A model generated the notes under the pieces. It was not told the origin of the DNA. It saw only the letters and a program-made list of their open reading frames with translations, and ran no database searches. The translations under genes and the position numbers were made by a program. Positions 9,093-19,417 of a DNA stretch of 64,000 nt are shown here, piece by piece (the first letter of the stretch is position 1; every line of letters starts with the position of its first letter). The DNA lies in the NCBI GenBank assembly GCA_963785235.1, contig CAWAUM010000010.1:214521-278520 (forward strand). Direction: 5' to 3'. The stretch is from an uncultured delta proteobacterium (GTDB taxonomy: Bacteria; Desulfobacterota; Desulfomonilia; UBA1062).

Positions 9093-10571
9093 TTAGTTCC
9101 TTGAACCTGCACGCTGATTACCTTTCGCCTTCTCTACCTCCAGCGTCACCTTTACCATGGGTGCCTGGTTATTCTTGAACCGTATCCTGTTGGGATACAC
9201 GAGCCTCATATTCAATGTCTGGGATGCAGTAATTCCTGTAAGGTCTATGGGCTCTGTGGTGATGTAGATCCTGTTGCCGGTAATGGCGAAAGGCGCAAGA
9301 ACAACAAGGGTCTCCGGCTCGATGGTAATCTTCTGGATATCATACCCGGTAGGCAAATGGCCGGATGTATCAATGAAGACCCTCACCTCGCGGGGATAAA
9401 GTTTATGGGCAGAGATGAGAATCCTGTCAGGCTTGAATTTAACAACGGTTATGTTTGAAGGGATGTTCACCATATCCGAAGAAAGCATAATCGTCTGTCT
9501 GCCTTCAACGATTGATGAAAGATCGATGGATGCCTTGATGGAATTGGGGTCAAAGAGGCTGAAGGCCTGGGATGATCCCATCAGGGTGACTGTCGCCTGC
9601 GTTGCCCTCGATTCCTCAATTTCCCAATCCTGGGAGACCTTGCGGTATTCGATGGGGACGATATAATCCCGCTGCACCGACTCTTTCTGGTGCCCGAATA
9701 CGAACCAGAGACCCAGCGCAAGAACAACAGCAATGGCCTTTTCCAGGCTGTTCTGCCTGAACCTCTTCTTGGTGAGGATCTTCGAGCGTGCATCGATTTT
9801 TATCTCGAAATATCTATCCATGAGGGCCCTGAGCTCAACGGCATTCTTCAGATAAGTGGTCTTACCATCCTGGGCTACCATGATCGTTCCCCGCTCTTCC
9901 GAGACTACAATGCACAGGGCATCCGTAAGTTCGCTGAGCCCGAGGGCGGCTGTATGGCGCAAGCCGAAATCTCCGAATCTTTCCGAACTCGGCGAGAGCG
10001 GGAGGTGACACCCGAATTTTATAATCTTATTGTTATGAATAATGACTGCCCCGTCATGACCATGGGAATGGACATCAAAGATGCTTTCCAACAACGGCCT
10101 GGAAATATCACCCTTTATCAGGTAACCGCCCTTGATATGCCTGTCGAGCGGGTCTTCCCCCTGGATGACAATAAGGGAACCGGTCTTTTTCGAGGTGAAT
10201 TCCGCTACGCTCTCTGAAATGGCCTCTACGGTTTTCTCATAAGCTCCATCGGCTTTTCTGCTGGATTTGCCCATGTTTCTCAAGGTGGCAAGACGTTCAA
10301 AAAACCTCCTGATGTCCTCCTGAAAAATCACCACAAGGGCGAAGATGAGAATGGTAAAGAAGCCCTGGAGAACAAGGGTCGTAAGATAGAGGTTAAAGAT
10401 CCGGGCCAGGATATAGACACCACCCAGAAGGCTTATACCCACCAGAACAAGGCGTGATGCGGTGTTCCTGAACCAGATAAGGGTCATATAGATCAATGAG
10501 GAAATGATAAGGATATCGAAGAAGTCCTGGACCCGGAAGCTTTTGAAGAAGGCAACTATGGTATCGCTCAT
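9093..10571 (-). CDS. Diadenylate cyclase (CdaA/DisA_N) fused to a TM helix and YbbR (CdaR-like) repeats
   Basis: Three N-terminal TM helices, IFQEDIRRFFE, HDGAVII, GLRHTAALGLSE and VVSEERG; then TM helix and YbbR-like VPIEY...ASIDLS...TEPIDL. Confidence 0.88.
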   Translation of the reverse strand: MSDTIVAFFKSFRVQDFFDILIISSLIYMTLIWFRNTASRLVLVGISLLGGVYILARIFNLYLTTLVLQGFFTILIFALVVIFQEDIRRFFERLATLRNMGKSSRKADGAYEKTVEAISESVAEFTSKKTGSLIVIQGEDPLDRHIKGGYLIKGDISRPLLESIFDVHSHGHDGAVIIHNNKIIKFGCHLPLSPSSERFGDFGLRHTAALGLSELTDALCIVVSEERGTIMVAQDGKTTYLKNAVELRALMDRYFEIKIDARSKILTKKRFRQNSLEKAIAVVLALGLWFVFGHQKESVQRDYIVPIEYRKVSQDWEIEESRATQATVTLMGSSQAFSLFDPNSIKASIDLSSIVEGRQTIMLSSDMVNIPSNITVVKFKPDRILISAHKLYPREVRVFIDTSGHLPTGYDIQKITIEPETLVVLAPFAITGNRIYITTEPIDLTGITASQTLNMRLVYPNRIRFKNNQAPMVKVTLEVEKAKGNQRAGSRN

Positions 10572-10759
10572 GAAACCCAAAACATCCCCTTTTTGCTCAA
10601 TACATGAGCAGGATACACCATTGCAGAAAAAACCTGTTTCTCTTTTTGTGTTCCCCTTTTGGTCATATAGAAAATGTTTATACCTTGCAAGTGGGTTTGT
10701 AATTCAGATTATTTGTCTGTAAATTTCCCCTAACACTTTGTTGCAGGAGAAAAACTTGA

Positions 10760-10810
10760 CCTGTTCAAAACATGCATCTCGGTTTCACCGAGATGCATGT
10801 TTTGAACAGG
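10760..10810. repeat. Perfect 24-bp hairpin (REP/MITE-like family, copy 3)
   Basis: CCTGTTCAAAACATGCATCTCGGT-TTC-ACCGAGATGCATGTTTTGAACAGG; same arm sequence as 6153-6237. Confidence 0.88.
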
Positions 10811-10894
10811 CTGATTTTTGTTTTATATCTCTCAGAATATTTTATGGTTGTGCAATGGTCATCTCGTATGGCTCCCCTCAATAATAAAATCCTG

Positions 10895-10948
10895 CATAAA
10901 ACAGTTGCCGGAGACTGGTATGTTTTCAGCCTCCGGCAACTTCTTTTC
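10895..10948 (-). terminator. Rho-independent terminator downstream of the Zn-dehydrogenase operon (possibly bidirectional)
   Basis: AGTTGCCGGAG...CTCCGGCAACT stem with T-rich tails on both strands, about 30 bp after the stop codon. Confidence 0.65.
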
Positions 10949-10972
10949 GTGTTGAACCGGGGATTGAAGATC

Positions 10973-12184
10973 TTAGAACCTGACAGCCGTCTTGATGGCC
11001 TGGTGAGCACCCTTGCTCATGTTGACCCTGATGAGTTCCTGGTACTGTTCGATACCAAAGGTGTGGGTGAGCATATCCTCCACGTGGATCTTTTTATTTT
11101 CCATGAGGTCGAGCGCAATCTCGAAGGCGTGCTTTCTGCCCATCGGAGTATCATTGTAGCCATAGGCGTAGCATCCTTTCAGGGTCTGGAGCTTGAGCCA
11201 TAACGGCGTGGGGTCAAAGGTCACCTTGTTGCCGATGCCCACAAGGCTCACGGTCCCGCAGCCTGCTGTTGCGATGAGGGCCATCTGCAGGGTGGGCGAA
11301 TGGCCCACGGTATCAAAGACCCTGTCGAACCCCCCCTGTACAATGCGCTCACCCAGCATGGGTTTGTAGGCCTTGGCGCCGGGGATCCTTTCGGCGGCCT
11401 CGATGATCCCGCCTGCGATGACATGATTCGCCCCTGATCTCTTGATATAGTCTGCGTTGAAGGCAGACGGCTCGACCACGGTAATTGTGCAGCCGATGTC
11501 GAGCCCCCGGATGGCCTTGACGATCATGGCTCCGATCACGCCGCCGCCGATGACCAGGACCCTGTCCGCCTCAGAGGGCCTGTTGTCCAGCACCGCCTGA
11601 AGGCCTACCGCCAGAGGTTCAGTAAGGGCGGCCGATTCCGCGCTCACGCCTGAGGGAACGCGGTATACCTGGCTCTTGTGCACCACCATATACTCAGCGA
11701 ACCCGCCGTTGATATCCCTGCAGATCCCGGTGAACATACCGGGTGAAAATCCCCCTTCTGCAACCCTTTCGCAGTTGCCCGGCCTGCCGGCGGCACAGAC
11801 AGGGCACACCGGAGAGATTCCCCTGGGTTCGCAGCTCAGGACAGGGTTTATTGTCACCAGGTCACCAACCCTGCAATTGCCCACCAAGCTCCCTGTCTCC
11901 ACCACGTCTCCGCTGAGTTCATGGCCGAAAATGCAGGGGAAAGAGGTAAAAGGCGATGCCATGGGGGAATCCTTCACCATGAGGAGGTTCAGGTCGCTCC
12001 CGCAGAACCCGCAGAGCCGAATCTTTATCTTTACCCAATCCTGGCTCTGCAGCCTTGGCTCCGGGACCTCGACAAGCTTCACCGTGGTGAAGGGCCCGTC
12101 GTAGTAGAACTTCTTGTTAAGCCGACCCAGGAGCTGGAGGACCAGGTAGTTGGGTATGGTAATGTTGAACTGGAGGGCCTTCAT
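10973..12184 (-). CDS. Zinc-dependent alcohol dehydrogenase (MDR family)
   Basis: CGFCGSD, GHE, structural Cys cluster (CEPRGISPVCPVCAAGRPGNC), TEPLAVG and GGGVIG motifs. Confidence 0.92.
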   Translation of the reverse strand: MKALQFNITIPNYLVLQLLGRLNKKFYYDGPFTTVKLVEVPEPRLQSQDWVKIKIRLCGFCGSDLNLLMVKDSPMASPFTSFPCIFGHELSGDVVETGSLVGNCRVGDLVTINPVLSCEPRGISPVCPVCAAGRPGNCERVAEGGFSPGMFTGICRDINGGFAEYMVVHKSQVYRVPSGVSAESAALTEPLAVGLQAVLDNRPSEADRVLVIGGGVIGAMIVKAIRGLDIGCTITVVEPSAFNADYIKRSGANHVIAGGIIEAAERIPGAKAYKPMLGERIVQGGFDRVFDTVGHSPTLQMALIATAGCGTVSLVGIGNKVTFDPTPLWLKLQTLKGCYAYGYNDTPMGRKHAFEIALDLMENKKIHVEDMLTHTFGIEQYQELIRVNMSKGAHQAIKTAVRF

Positions 12185-12188
12185 GACA

Positions 12189-13859
12189 TCAATCCATCTT
12201 GAGCGACTGATAGAACAGCGGGGTCGCCGGACTTGTAGCTGTGGGATCGGTCATGACATTGATGCAGGAAGGTTTTCCCGAATCAAAGGCCCTTTTGATG
12301 GCAGGGATGATGTCTTCGTCCTTGGTAACGAATTCGCCGTAACCACCCAGGCCTTCCACCATCTTCTCATAATGACGCTCACCCAGCTCTGAGCACTGGA
12401 GGCGGTCGCACCCTATGGAGAGCTCCTGGCTGTGCTTGATCATGCCCCAGGCGGTGTCATTGTTCACCACGCATACCACCGGGATGTTGTGGCGGACCAT
12501 GGTGTCAAACTCCATGGCGTTGAATCCGAAAGAGCCGTCGCCCTGCAGGAGCACAACCTTCTTGTCCGGCCGCGCCAGCTTGGCGGCCATGGCAAAGGGG
12601 ATTCCGGTGCCCAGGCATCCGAGCAGTCCGGCAGCAGCGGCTATTACCCCTGCCCTTTCCTTAGATGTCAACCCTACGAGGCCGAAATACTGTGTATCCC
12701 CCCCGTCAATGACATATATGGCATCATCGCCAACGGCCTTCTGGATCTGCGCCACCAGGCGGATGGGGTGGATAGGGCTGGACGTTCTCTCCCTCAGCTT
12801 GAGTTCAGGGGCGATAAAGGCATTGCTTGCAGCGCGCAGCGTCTTGATCCAGGCGCTGTGGTCACCCCTTTTGAGGAGCGGGAGCAACTGGTTGAGTACC
12901 GATGTCGTATCACCCACCAGCCCCACATCGGCAACCCTGTTCCGGTCGATCTCGTGCGGGTCGATGTCGATGCGGATGACCTTGGCGGCGTCGGGGATGA
13001 TGGCGCCTGATTGCAGGAGCCAGTTGAAGCGCAGGCCCACGGCAATGATCACATCGGCTTGGGTTATACCCAGCTGTATCCCCACATTTCCAATGTCCCA
13101 CAGGGAATGGGGGTGATTGTCAGGGAGTTCACCCCTGCCGAAGTTCATGAGTATAAAGGGGACCCCTGCCCTGTCGATGAACTGGCTGAGCGCACTGCTG
13201 CAGCAGCTGAATCCCACTCCGCTGCCGCCCAGAAACAGGGGTTTCTTTGCAGCGTTTATAATCTCTGCGGCCTGTCTCAGGTCCCAATCATCCGGGTGGA
13301 CCGTGTACTTGTGGGTCTTGTGTGCGGGCATGGGCGCCTTTTCTTCAGGGACTTTGACATTCAGGATATCAGGCGGCAACTCAAGGAAGACCGGACCAGG
13401 CCTTCCCACCACGGCATGCCTGAAGGCCAGTGACAGATATTCAGGGATCCGTTTGGTGTCATAACAGGTCGCCGCCCATTTGGTGATGGGTTTGACCATG
13501 TCCATCTGGTTTACTTCCTGCAGCGCGCCTTTGAGATCGTCCCTCAAGGGGTGCTTGCCGCACAGCACGACCAGTGGCGCATTATCCAGGAAGGCATTTG
13601 CAATGCCGGTCAATGCATTGGTGAAACCCGGCCCTGCGGTCACCAGGCACACGCCCGGCTTGCCGCTGTAGATGGACCATGCCTCGGCCATCATGGCTGC
13701 GGCCTGCTCATGGCGCACATCGACGGCGCGTATCTTATACTCGGTAAAGCTGTCCAGGATTGCTTCTATATGGCCTCCTGACAGACAGAAGACCGTATCG
13801 ACATTTTCCACTTCCTTCAGATATTTTCCAACCAGGTGACCACCAAGTATCATTGCCAT
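12189..13859 (-). CDS. Thiamine-diphosphate enzyme (acetolactate synthase-like / 2-hydroxyacyl-CoA lyase-like)
   Basis: GGHI, DVRHEQAA, VTAGPGFTNA, GRPGPVFLE and GDGSFGFNAMEFDT...NN motifs; no ilvN/ilvH subunit nearby. Confidence 0.9.
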   Translation of the reverse strand: MAMILGGHLVGKYLKEVENVDTVFCLSGGHIEAILDSFTEYKIRAVDVRHEQAAAMMAEAWSIYSGKPGVCLVTAGPGFTNALTGIANAFLDNAPLVVLCGKHPLRDDLKGALQEVNQMDMVKPITKWAATCYDTKRIPEYLSLAFRHAVVGRPGPVFLELPPDILNVKVPEEKAPMPAHKTHKYTVHPDDWDLRQAAEIINAAKKPLFLGGSGVGFSCCSSALSQFIDRAGVPFILMNFGRGELPDNHPHSLWDIGNVGIQLGITQADVIIAVGLRFNWLLQSGAIIPDAAKVIRIDIDPHEIDRNRVADVGLVGDTTSVLNQLLPLLKRGDHSAWIKTLRAASNAFIAPELKLRERTSSPIHPIRLVAQIQKAVGDDAIYVIDGGDTQYFGLVGLTSKERAGVIAAAAGLLGCLGTGIPFAMAAKLARPDKKVVLLQGDGSFGFNAMEFDTMVRHNIPVVCVVNNDTAWGMIKHSQELSIGCDRLQCSELGERHYEKMVEGLGGYGEFVTKDEDIIPAIKRAFDSGKPSCINVMTDPTATSPATPLFYQSLKMD

Positions 13860-13950
13860 AGGTTTTCCCCCACATTGTTTTTAATAGTGTCCATATCCTT
13901 TACGAAACAACTGTTTTAGGCCTTGTCGGATGTGCGACGCATGCAGGCGT

Positions 13951-14307
13951 CTACATGATGATCTTCACGGCGTCGTTAAACCACTGGACATAGTAGGCCA
14001 TCCCCTCGACCTTGAGCTTGCCATTGGCAGCGGCCAGGAATGATGCCTCATCGCTGCCTGCCAACATCACCTTGAAGGCGGTTTTGGGATCTGCCCATAC
14101 GAGAGCAGCATCGCTCTTGTGGTTCGACCCTGCAAGCGACGATACCTTGCCCTTGTCAAAGATGAACAGCCTGCCCCTTTTTCCATCAGCGGTCTTGATG
14201 AGGAACCTGAGCTGCAGGGTGCCTATGTAGTTTTGGAAGGCCTTGTTCGTCTTGGCGGCCATTCTTAGCTTCAGGTATAACACAAACAGGAGAAACGACA
14301 GTTTCAT
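13951..14307 (-). CDS. Small SCP2 sterol-carrier-like protein
   Basis: About 118 aa with AFKVM...FLAAANGKLKVEG, resembling the SCP2 C-terminal G-K-L-K-V-x-G signature. Confidence 0.6.
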   Translation of the reverse strand: MKLSFLLFVLYLKLRMAAKTNKAFQNYIGTLQLRFLIKTADGKRGRLFIFDKGKVSSLAGSNHKSDAALVWADPKTAFKVMLAGSDEASFLAAANGKLKVEGMAYYVQWFNDAVKIIM

Positions 14308-14403
14308 GGATAACCCCCTTGAAAAGTTATTTGTTATAACCAAGGTAAAACACTACAACAGATGCTCTGAGCTTACGCTTCTTTGCAGCGTGATGCCTTG
14401 TTC

Positions 14404-15390
14404 TTATCTTTGCGGGTAGGTCTGCCTCACCCAGGCCCCTATCCGCTCCATGGCCTCAGGATAGGGAATCGTTGTCATCCAGCCGAGCTCCTGTTTGGCC
14501 AGGGAGTTGTCTACATCGTTGTTCCTGCCGGTAATCTCGATTGCCATGCGCGAAAGAGGAGGCCTGATCTTCAGAGGTGTAAAGACCAGGTCGAAGAGGC
14601 TCCCCAGCAAACGCGCCGGCCAGTAGGGGATGCTGCCCATGGGCTTCTTCCCGACAAAGGCCCCGAGATCGGTGATATACTGCCCCCACGTCACATCCCA
14701 ATCATCCCTCAACTGGTAGATCTTCCCCTTTGCAATGTCTTTTGTTCCGGCAAGGATGATACCGTCCACAAGGTTGTCCACATAGATGAAGCTGGAACTG
14801 TGACGGCCACTGTCAACCAGCGGCATGGGCATGGCTATCATCTTTTCAACGATGTCTCTCACCCACGCACTTCCCGGACCGGTTACATTTGCAGGACGGA
14901 TGATGGTGCACGCAACGTGGCCATCCTTGTGATAGCTCATGACGAGTTTTTCCGCATCGAGCTTGGCATCGTTGTACGGGATGCCTGATTTCATGGCCGG
15001 ATCGGTCTCCTTCATACCCTTCATGTGGCGGCCGAAGCCGATGGCTGCAATGGAGCTTATATACACAAACCGTGAGGCCTTGCCGGAAGCTTCCTTTATG
15101 AGGTTCAGTGTGGCATCATAGATGGCGCTGTAGAATTGTTCCCTGGTACCCCAATCGGTGACACGGCCGGCAAGGTGAAACACCATATCAATGCCATCAC
15201 AGATCCCTTGCAGTGATCCCCGGCTGGACAGGTCGCCGAGGCAGACCTCCACACCAAGCTTTTTCAGTGCACTCGGGTTTTCACTCGGAAGGACCAAGGC
15301 TCTCACCTGGAAGCCCTGTTTCAAGAGCTCCCGGGTGAGGACCGAACCGATAAATCCTGTTGCCCCTGTAACTAATGCCTTCATCACCAC
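14404..15390 (-). CDS. NAD-dependent epimerase/dehydratase (3-beta-HSD-like extended SDR)
   Basis: VTGATGFIG, FHLAG, YISS, YNDAK (YxxxK) and IRPANVTGPG motifs. Confidence 0.9.
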   Translation of the reverse strand: MVMKALVTGATGFIGSVLTRELLKQGFQVRALVLPSENPSALKKLGVEVCLGDLSSRGSLQGICDGIDMVFHLAGRVTDWGTREQFYSAIYDATLNLIKEASGKASRFVYISSIAAIGFGRHMKGMKETDPAMKSGIPYNDAKLDAEKLVMSYHKDGHVACTIIRPANVTGPGSAWVRDIVEKMIAMPMPLVDSGRHSSSFIYVDNLVDGIILAGTKDIAKGKIYQLRDDWDVTWGQYITDLGAFVGKKPMGSIPYWPARLLGSLFDLVFTPLKIRPPLSRMAIEITGRNNDVDNSLAKQELGWMTTIPYPEAMERIGAWVRQTYPQR

Positions 15391-15505
15391 CCCCTAAGCT
15401 ATTTTCATTCATAATGGCGATGTCCACTGCAATAAATGCCTGATCACGACCTCACATCTGCCTTAATTTAGAGGTAATCCGTAAGATCACATCATTATCG
15501 GTAGT

Positions 15506-15534
15506 ATAATATGGGTATCGATTCCTGTTGTCAA
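15506..15534 (-). promoter_or_regulatory. Sigma70 promoter of the epimerase-SCP2-TPP-ADH operon
   Basis: Minus strand reads TTGACA-N17-TATTAT. Confidence 0.72.
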
Positions 15535-15540
15535 GGATTA

Positions 15541-15560
15541 ATGTGAGCAGTAACTCATAT
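15541..15560. promoter_or_regulatory. Putative TetR operator
   Basis: Near-palindrome ATGTGAG-CAGTAA-CTCATAT between two back-to-back TTGACA boxes (15529-15534 minus, 15566-15571 plus). Confidence 0.55.
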
Positions 15561-15695
15561 TTTAATTGACACATAGTGGGGAAGCTACTAATTGTGAATA
15601 ATCATGGCATGATGCCTGACATTATATTATACGGTATCAACGGTTTCAATCCATAAAACATGCATCTGTTTGAATGGTTAGAAGGGGGGGCTGCA

Positions 15696-16292
15696 ATGCG
15701 TATTCGTATTCCCAAGCAGAATCGCAGCAGGGAAAGAAGATTGAGAATCATGGAAACAGCCCTGGATTTATTTGCAAGCAAAGGAATAAACGGAACAAGT
15801 TCAAATGAGATTGCGAACAAGGCCGGGGTCTCTATCGGGACATTCTACAGCTACTTTGAGAACAAGAAGACCCTGTTCCTTGAGATCCTCAAAAACCACC
15901 TTGAGAACTTTGTAACAGGTGTTTACACCCTGCAGTCGGACGATTCGATCCCCCTGCGGGCTCTCATCAGGGAACATATCCACAAAGGATTCATGACCTT
16001 TGATATCAATCCCTCTTTTCACAAGGAGGCCCTTGTCCTGAAATTCTCGGACCCTGACGTGAGACGGCTCTTTGATGAGGTGGAACAACAGCAGCTCAGC
16101 ATCATCAGCTCTCTTTTGATACCCTATTGCAGGCGCAACAAGCCACAGGCCCTCACAGAGGTCTCAAAAGTAATCCACAGCGCCGTGGAAAACGTTGCCC
16201 ATTATGTAAAATTCCTCGATTCGCCCATGGACAGGGACCGTCTCATAGATGAGCTTACCGAGATGATCTATCACTATGTGAACAACCTCTAG
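15696..16292 (+). CDS. TetR/AcrR family transcriptional regulator
   Basis: PKQNRS...IMETALDLFASKG...EIANKAGVSIGTFYSYFENK HTH; divergent from the four-gene operon. Confidence 0.93.
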   Translation: MRIRIPKQNRSRERRLRIMETALDLFASKGINGTSSNEIANKAGVSIGTFYSYFENKKTLFLEILKNHLENFVTGVYTLQSDDSIPLRALIREHIHKGFMTFDINPSFHKEALVLKFSDPDVRRLFDEVEQQQLSIISSLLIPYCRRNKPQALTEVSKVIHSAVENVAHYVKFLDSPMDRDRLIDELTEMIYHYVNNL

Positions 16293-16617
16293 GGTCAATG
16301 CGGATGCCTGCCTTAATCGAGGAAATACACAGTTCCTAGTTTTGTATTGCAATAAACAAAGGTAAGATGGTATTTCGGGGCACATGGAAAATCTCTATGG
16401 ATATCATTATTATCTGCCGTCATCTTTTCTGTACTGGTTTGACTCCGGATGCACCCCGTTTTGATGTAAGATAACCTGTCCTGCGCAGAGCAACCCCTTG
16501 TGCACACGGTCCTTGGGATTAATTGCCCGACAGGCGGATTACGGTTGTTTGAACGCCCCTCGATGAATACGGTGCAGTTCGGTGGAAAGGCAAAAAGGAG
16601 AAAGGAAGTTATACAAA

Positions 16618-18230
16618 ATGAGCATGAATAATGAAATTTCCAGGCGTCGGTCTCTGGCAATTGTTTCGCACCCCGATGCGGGCAAGACGACACTGACGGA
16701 AAAACTGCTGCTCTATGGCGGGGCCGTGCAGCTGGCCGGGTCGGTCACTGCACGGAAAAACCAGCGCGCCACCACGTCGGACTGGATGGAGCTCGAGCGC
16801 AAGCGGGGCATTTCCATCAGCTCAACCGTGCTGAGCTTCGATTATCGCGGTTACCTGATCAACCTGCTGGACACGCCGGGCCACAAGGATTTCTCCGAAG
16901 ACACCTACCGGGTGCTCACTGCCGTGGATGCCGCCATCATGGTGATCGACGCCGGAAAGGGGATCGAGAGCCAGACCCGCAAGCTCTTCGAAGTCTGCAG
17001 GCTCCGCGGAATACCCATATTCACCTTCATGAACAAGATGGACAGGCCTACGCGCGAGCCACTGGCGCTGCTGGACGAGCTGGAGAGCGTCTTGGGCATC
17101 GGGGCTTACCCCATAAACTGGCCCCTGGGAACAGGGGATCAGTTCAAGGGGGTCTGGGACCGGCGGACCAGCCTGGCCCACTTCTACGAGCGCACCCCCG
17201 GCGGCATATACCAGTCGCCGGTTTCCACCTTCGGCATGTCCGATCCCATCGTTCGGGACCGCCTGGACGATACGACATACAGCTCCGTATGCGAGGAGCT
17301 GGAGATGCTCGACGGGGCAGGAGTGGATTACAATCCCGCAGATGTGCTTGCCGGCCGAATGACCCCGGTGTTCTTCGGGAGCGCCCTGAACAACTTCGGC
17401 GTCCAGCTGCTGCTGGAGGGTTTCATCGAGCAGTCTGCCGCGCCCATGCCCCGCATCAGCCGCGGTTCCCGGTGAAGCCGGACACCGATGCATTTTCCGG
17501 GTTCGTGTTCAAGATCCAGGCGAACATGGACCCGCACCACCGCGACCGGATGGTGTTCATCCGGGTCGTTTCCGGCCGGTTCACGCGCGACATGATGGTG
17601 ACGCACGTACCCACGGGAAAGAAGTTCCGCCTCTCCAACTCCAACAAGATCTTCGGCCGCGACCGGGAAACGGTGGACGAGGCGTATCCGGGCGACGTGG
17701 TGGGCATAGCCGGCGCCAAGTTCCTGGCCATCGGCGACACGCTCAGTGAAGACCCGGACGTGCTCTTCGACGAGATCCCGCGTTTTCCGCCGGAGTGTTT
17801 CGCCTTTCTCCACAACGATGTCCCTTCCAACCACAAGCGGTTCCGCGAGGGCTTGAACCAGCTGCTGGCAGAAGGAGTGGTCCATGCCTTCGAGCTGCCC
17901 GACGCGGCACAGCGCATTCCGCTGCTGGCAGCCGTGGGCCCCCTGCAGTTCGAGATCGTGCAGTATCGCCTGGAGACGGAATACAATGCGCCTTCACGCC
18001 TCGAGGGGGCTTCGTGGACCCTGGCCAGATGGATCAAACCTGCAGGCATCGCAACCGATAGCTCGATGCTTCCCAGCGGCGTCAGGATCGCCAGGGACAG
18101 TACCGGCCAGCCGGTGCTGCTGTTCCCGAACGAATGGAACGTGAGATATTTTCGGGAGAACAACAAGGACGTGGAGCTGAGTGAGTACCCCGCTTCAATC
18201 CCGGCAGACAAGGTAAAACGGGTTGCCTGA
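16618..18230 (+). CDS. prfC: Peptide chain release factor 3 (one frameshift near 17465, probably a sequencing error)
   Basis: [41 protein letters not shown] and [10 protein letters not shown]; second frame [19 protein letters not shown] and AVGPLQFE. Confidence 0.95.
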
Positions 18231-18310
18231 CAGGAAAAATGAGAATCAGTGGGAGCAAGGGCCTGTCCATCACCGTTTCACTTGTTTTTCATAGCCGGAT
18301 GCCCTAGAAA

Positions 18311-19417
18311 TTGGGTGTGGATAAGATTCGGATCAAGGGTATCTTGCTCTATGCACTTGCCATATCGGTCATGGTTTTTGCCATTATTGTTGTGGCCGGC
18401 AAAATGCCCGGAACAAGCCCTGATGCCTCACTGGGGCCCGCAGGCCAGGGTATGAGCCTCTGGGACATGGCAGCGAAGAAGACACATCACAGCCAGGGCC
18501 GTTTCATCAACCCATTTACTTCATTCGAAATGCGCCGCAGGGGCTTGTTAGAGGTTGTAAAATGGAAGCTCTTCACAGACAACCCACTCAAGCAGGACTA
18601 TAAGAACGAGAAGGTAGTGCCGGTAAACATAGACTGGAACGGCGTTATTTCCCACAATTCCATAAGCGTCACATATATAAACCACGCCAGCGTGCTCATA
18701 AGAGAGGAGAACACCAGCCTGCTCGTAGACCCGGTGCTGTTCGGCATGTTCTGGCCCATCAAGGATTTCAGCCCCATCACCTTCTCACCTGAGCAGATGC
18801 CGACAATCGATGCAGTGCTCATTACTCACGGACATTACGACCATCTCGACCTGCCCTCGCTTAAGGCTTTCAACAATCAATCACGCTTCTTAACCCCCCT
18901 TGGTTACGGCAGCCTCGTCAGAGATAACGGGGCCCGGAATGTAAAAGAGCTGGACCGGCTTGATTCAGATAAGGTCGGGCCTTTTGATGTCACATTCCTG
19001 CCGTGCAACCACTGGACCATGCGCAACCCCATTGCAGGGCCTAATACAGCACTCTGGGGGTCATATCTCATCAGGTCCTCGTCAGGCCGTACCATCTATA
19101 TCTCAGGCGACACTGCATACTTCAATGGGTTTGCAGAAATTGGGCAGCACCACAAGATAGACCTGGCTATCTTCAGTCTCGGCGCCGATGAGCCCCGCTG
19201 GTTTATGAAACACTCCCATATAAATCCTGAAGAGACTGTCCGGGCATTCAAAGAATTAGACGCAGACAGGCTCATGGTCGTACACTGGGGTACCTTCAGA
19301 CTCGGCGACGAGCCGGTCTTTCAACCCCCCCTGGACATAAACAGGGAAATGGACAAGGCGGGGCTGTCGGACAAGCTGATAGAGCTGAAGCACGGACAGA
19401 CCTTTATTCTAGAATGA
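18311..19417 (+). CDS. MBL-fold metallo-hydrolase (NAPE-PLD/RomA-like), membrane-anchored
   Basis: N-terminal TM helix; GRFINP, HASVLI, LVDPV, THGHYDHLD, HWT-R, LWGS, GDT and VHWGTFRL motifs. Confidence 0.9.
   Translation: MGVDKIRIKGILLYALAISVMVFAIIVVAGKMPGTSPDASLGPAGQGMSLWDMAAKKTHHSQGRFINPFTSFEMRRRGLLEVVKWKLFTDNPLKQDYKNEKVVPVNIDWNGVISHNSISVTYINHASVLIREENTSLLVDPVLFGMFWPIKDFSPITFSPEQMPTIDAVLITHGHYDHLDLPSLKAFNNQSRFLTPLGYGSLVRDNGARNVKELDRLDSDKVGPFDVTFLPCNHWTMRNPIAGPNTALWGSYLIRSSSGRTIYISGDTAYFNGFAEIGQHHKIDLAIFSLGADEPRWFMKHSHINPEETVRAFKELDADRLMVVHWGTFRLGDEPVFQPPLDINREMDKAGLSDKLIELKHGQTFILE

Noticed and set aside
17440-17490. Programmed frameshift in prfC
   Set aside because: Programmed shifting is known for prfB (RF2), not RF3. 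No CTT-TGA or slippery heptamer is seen, and essential thrS also carries a 1-bp indel, which points to sequencing error.
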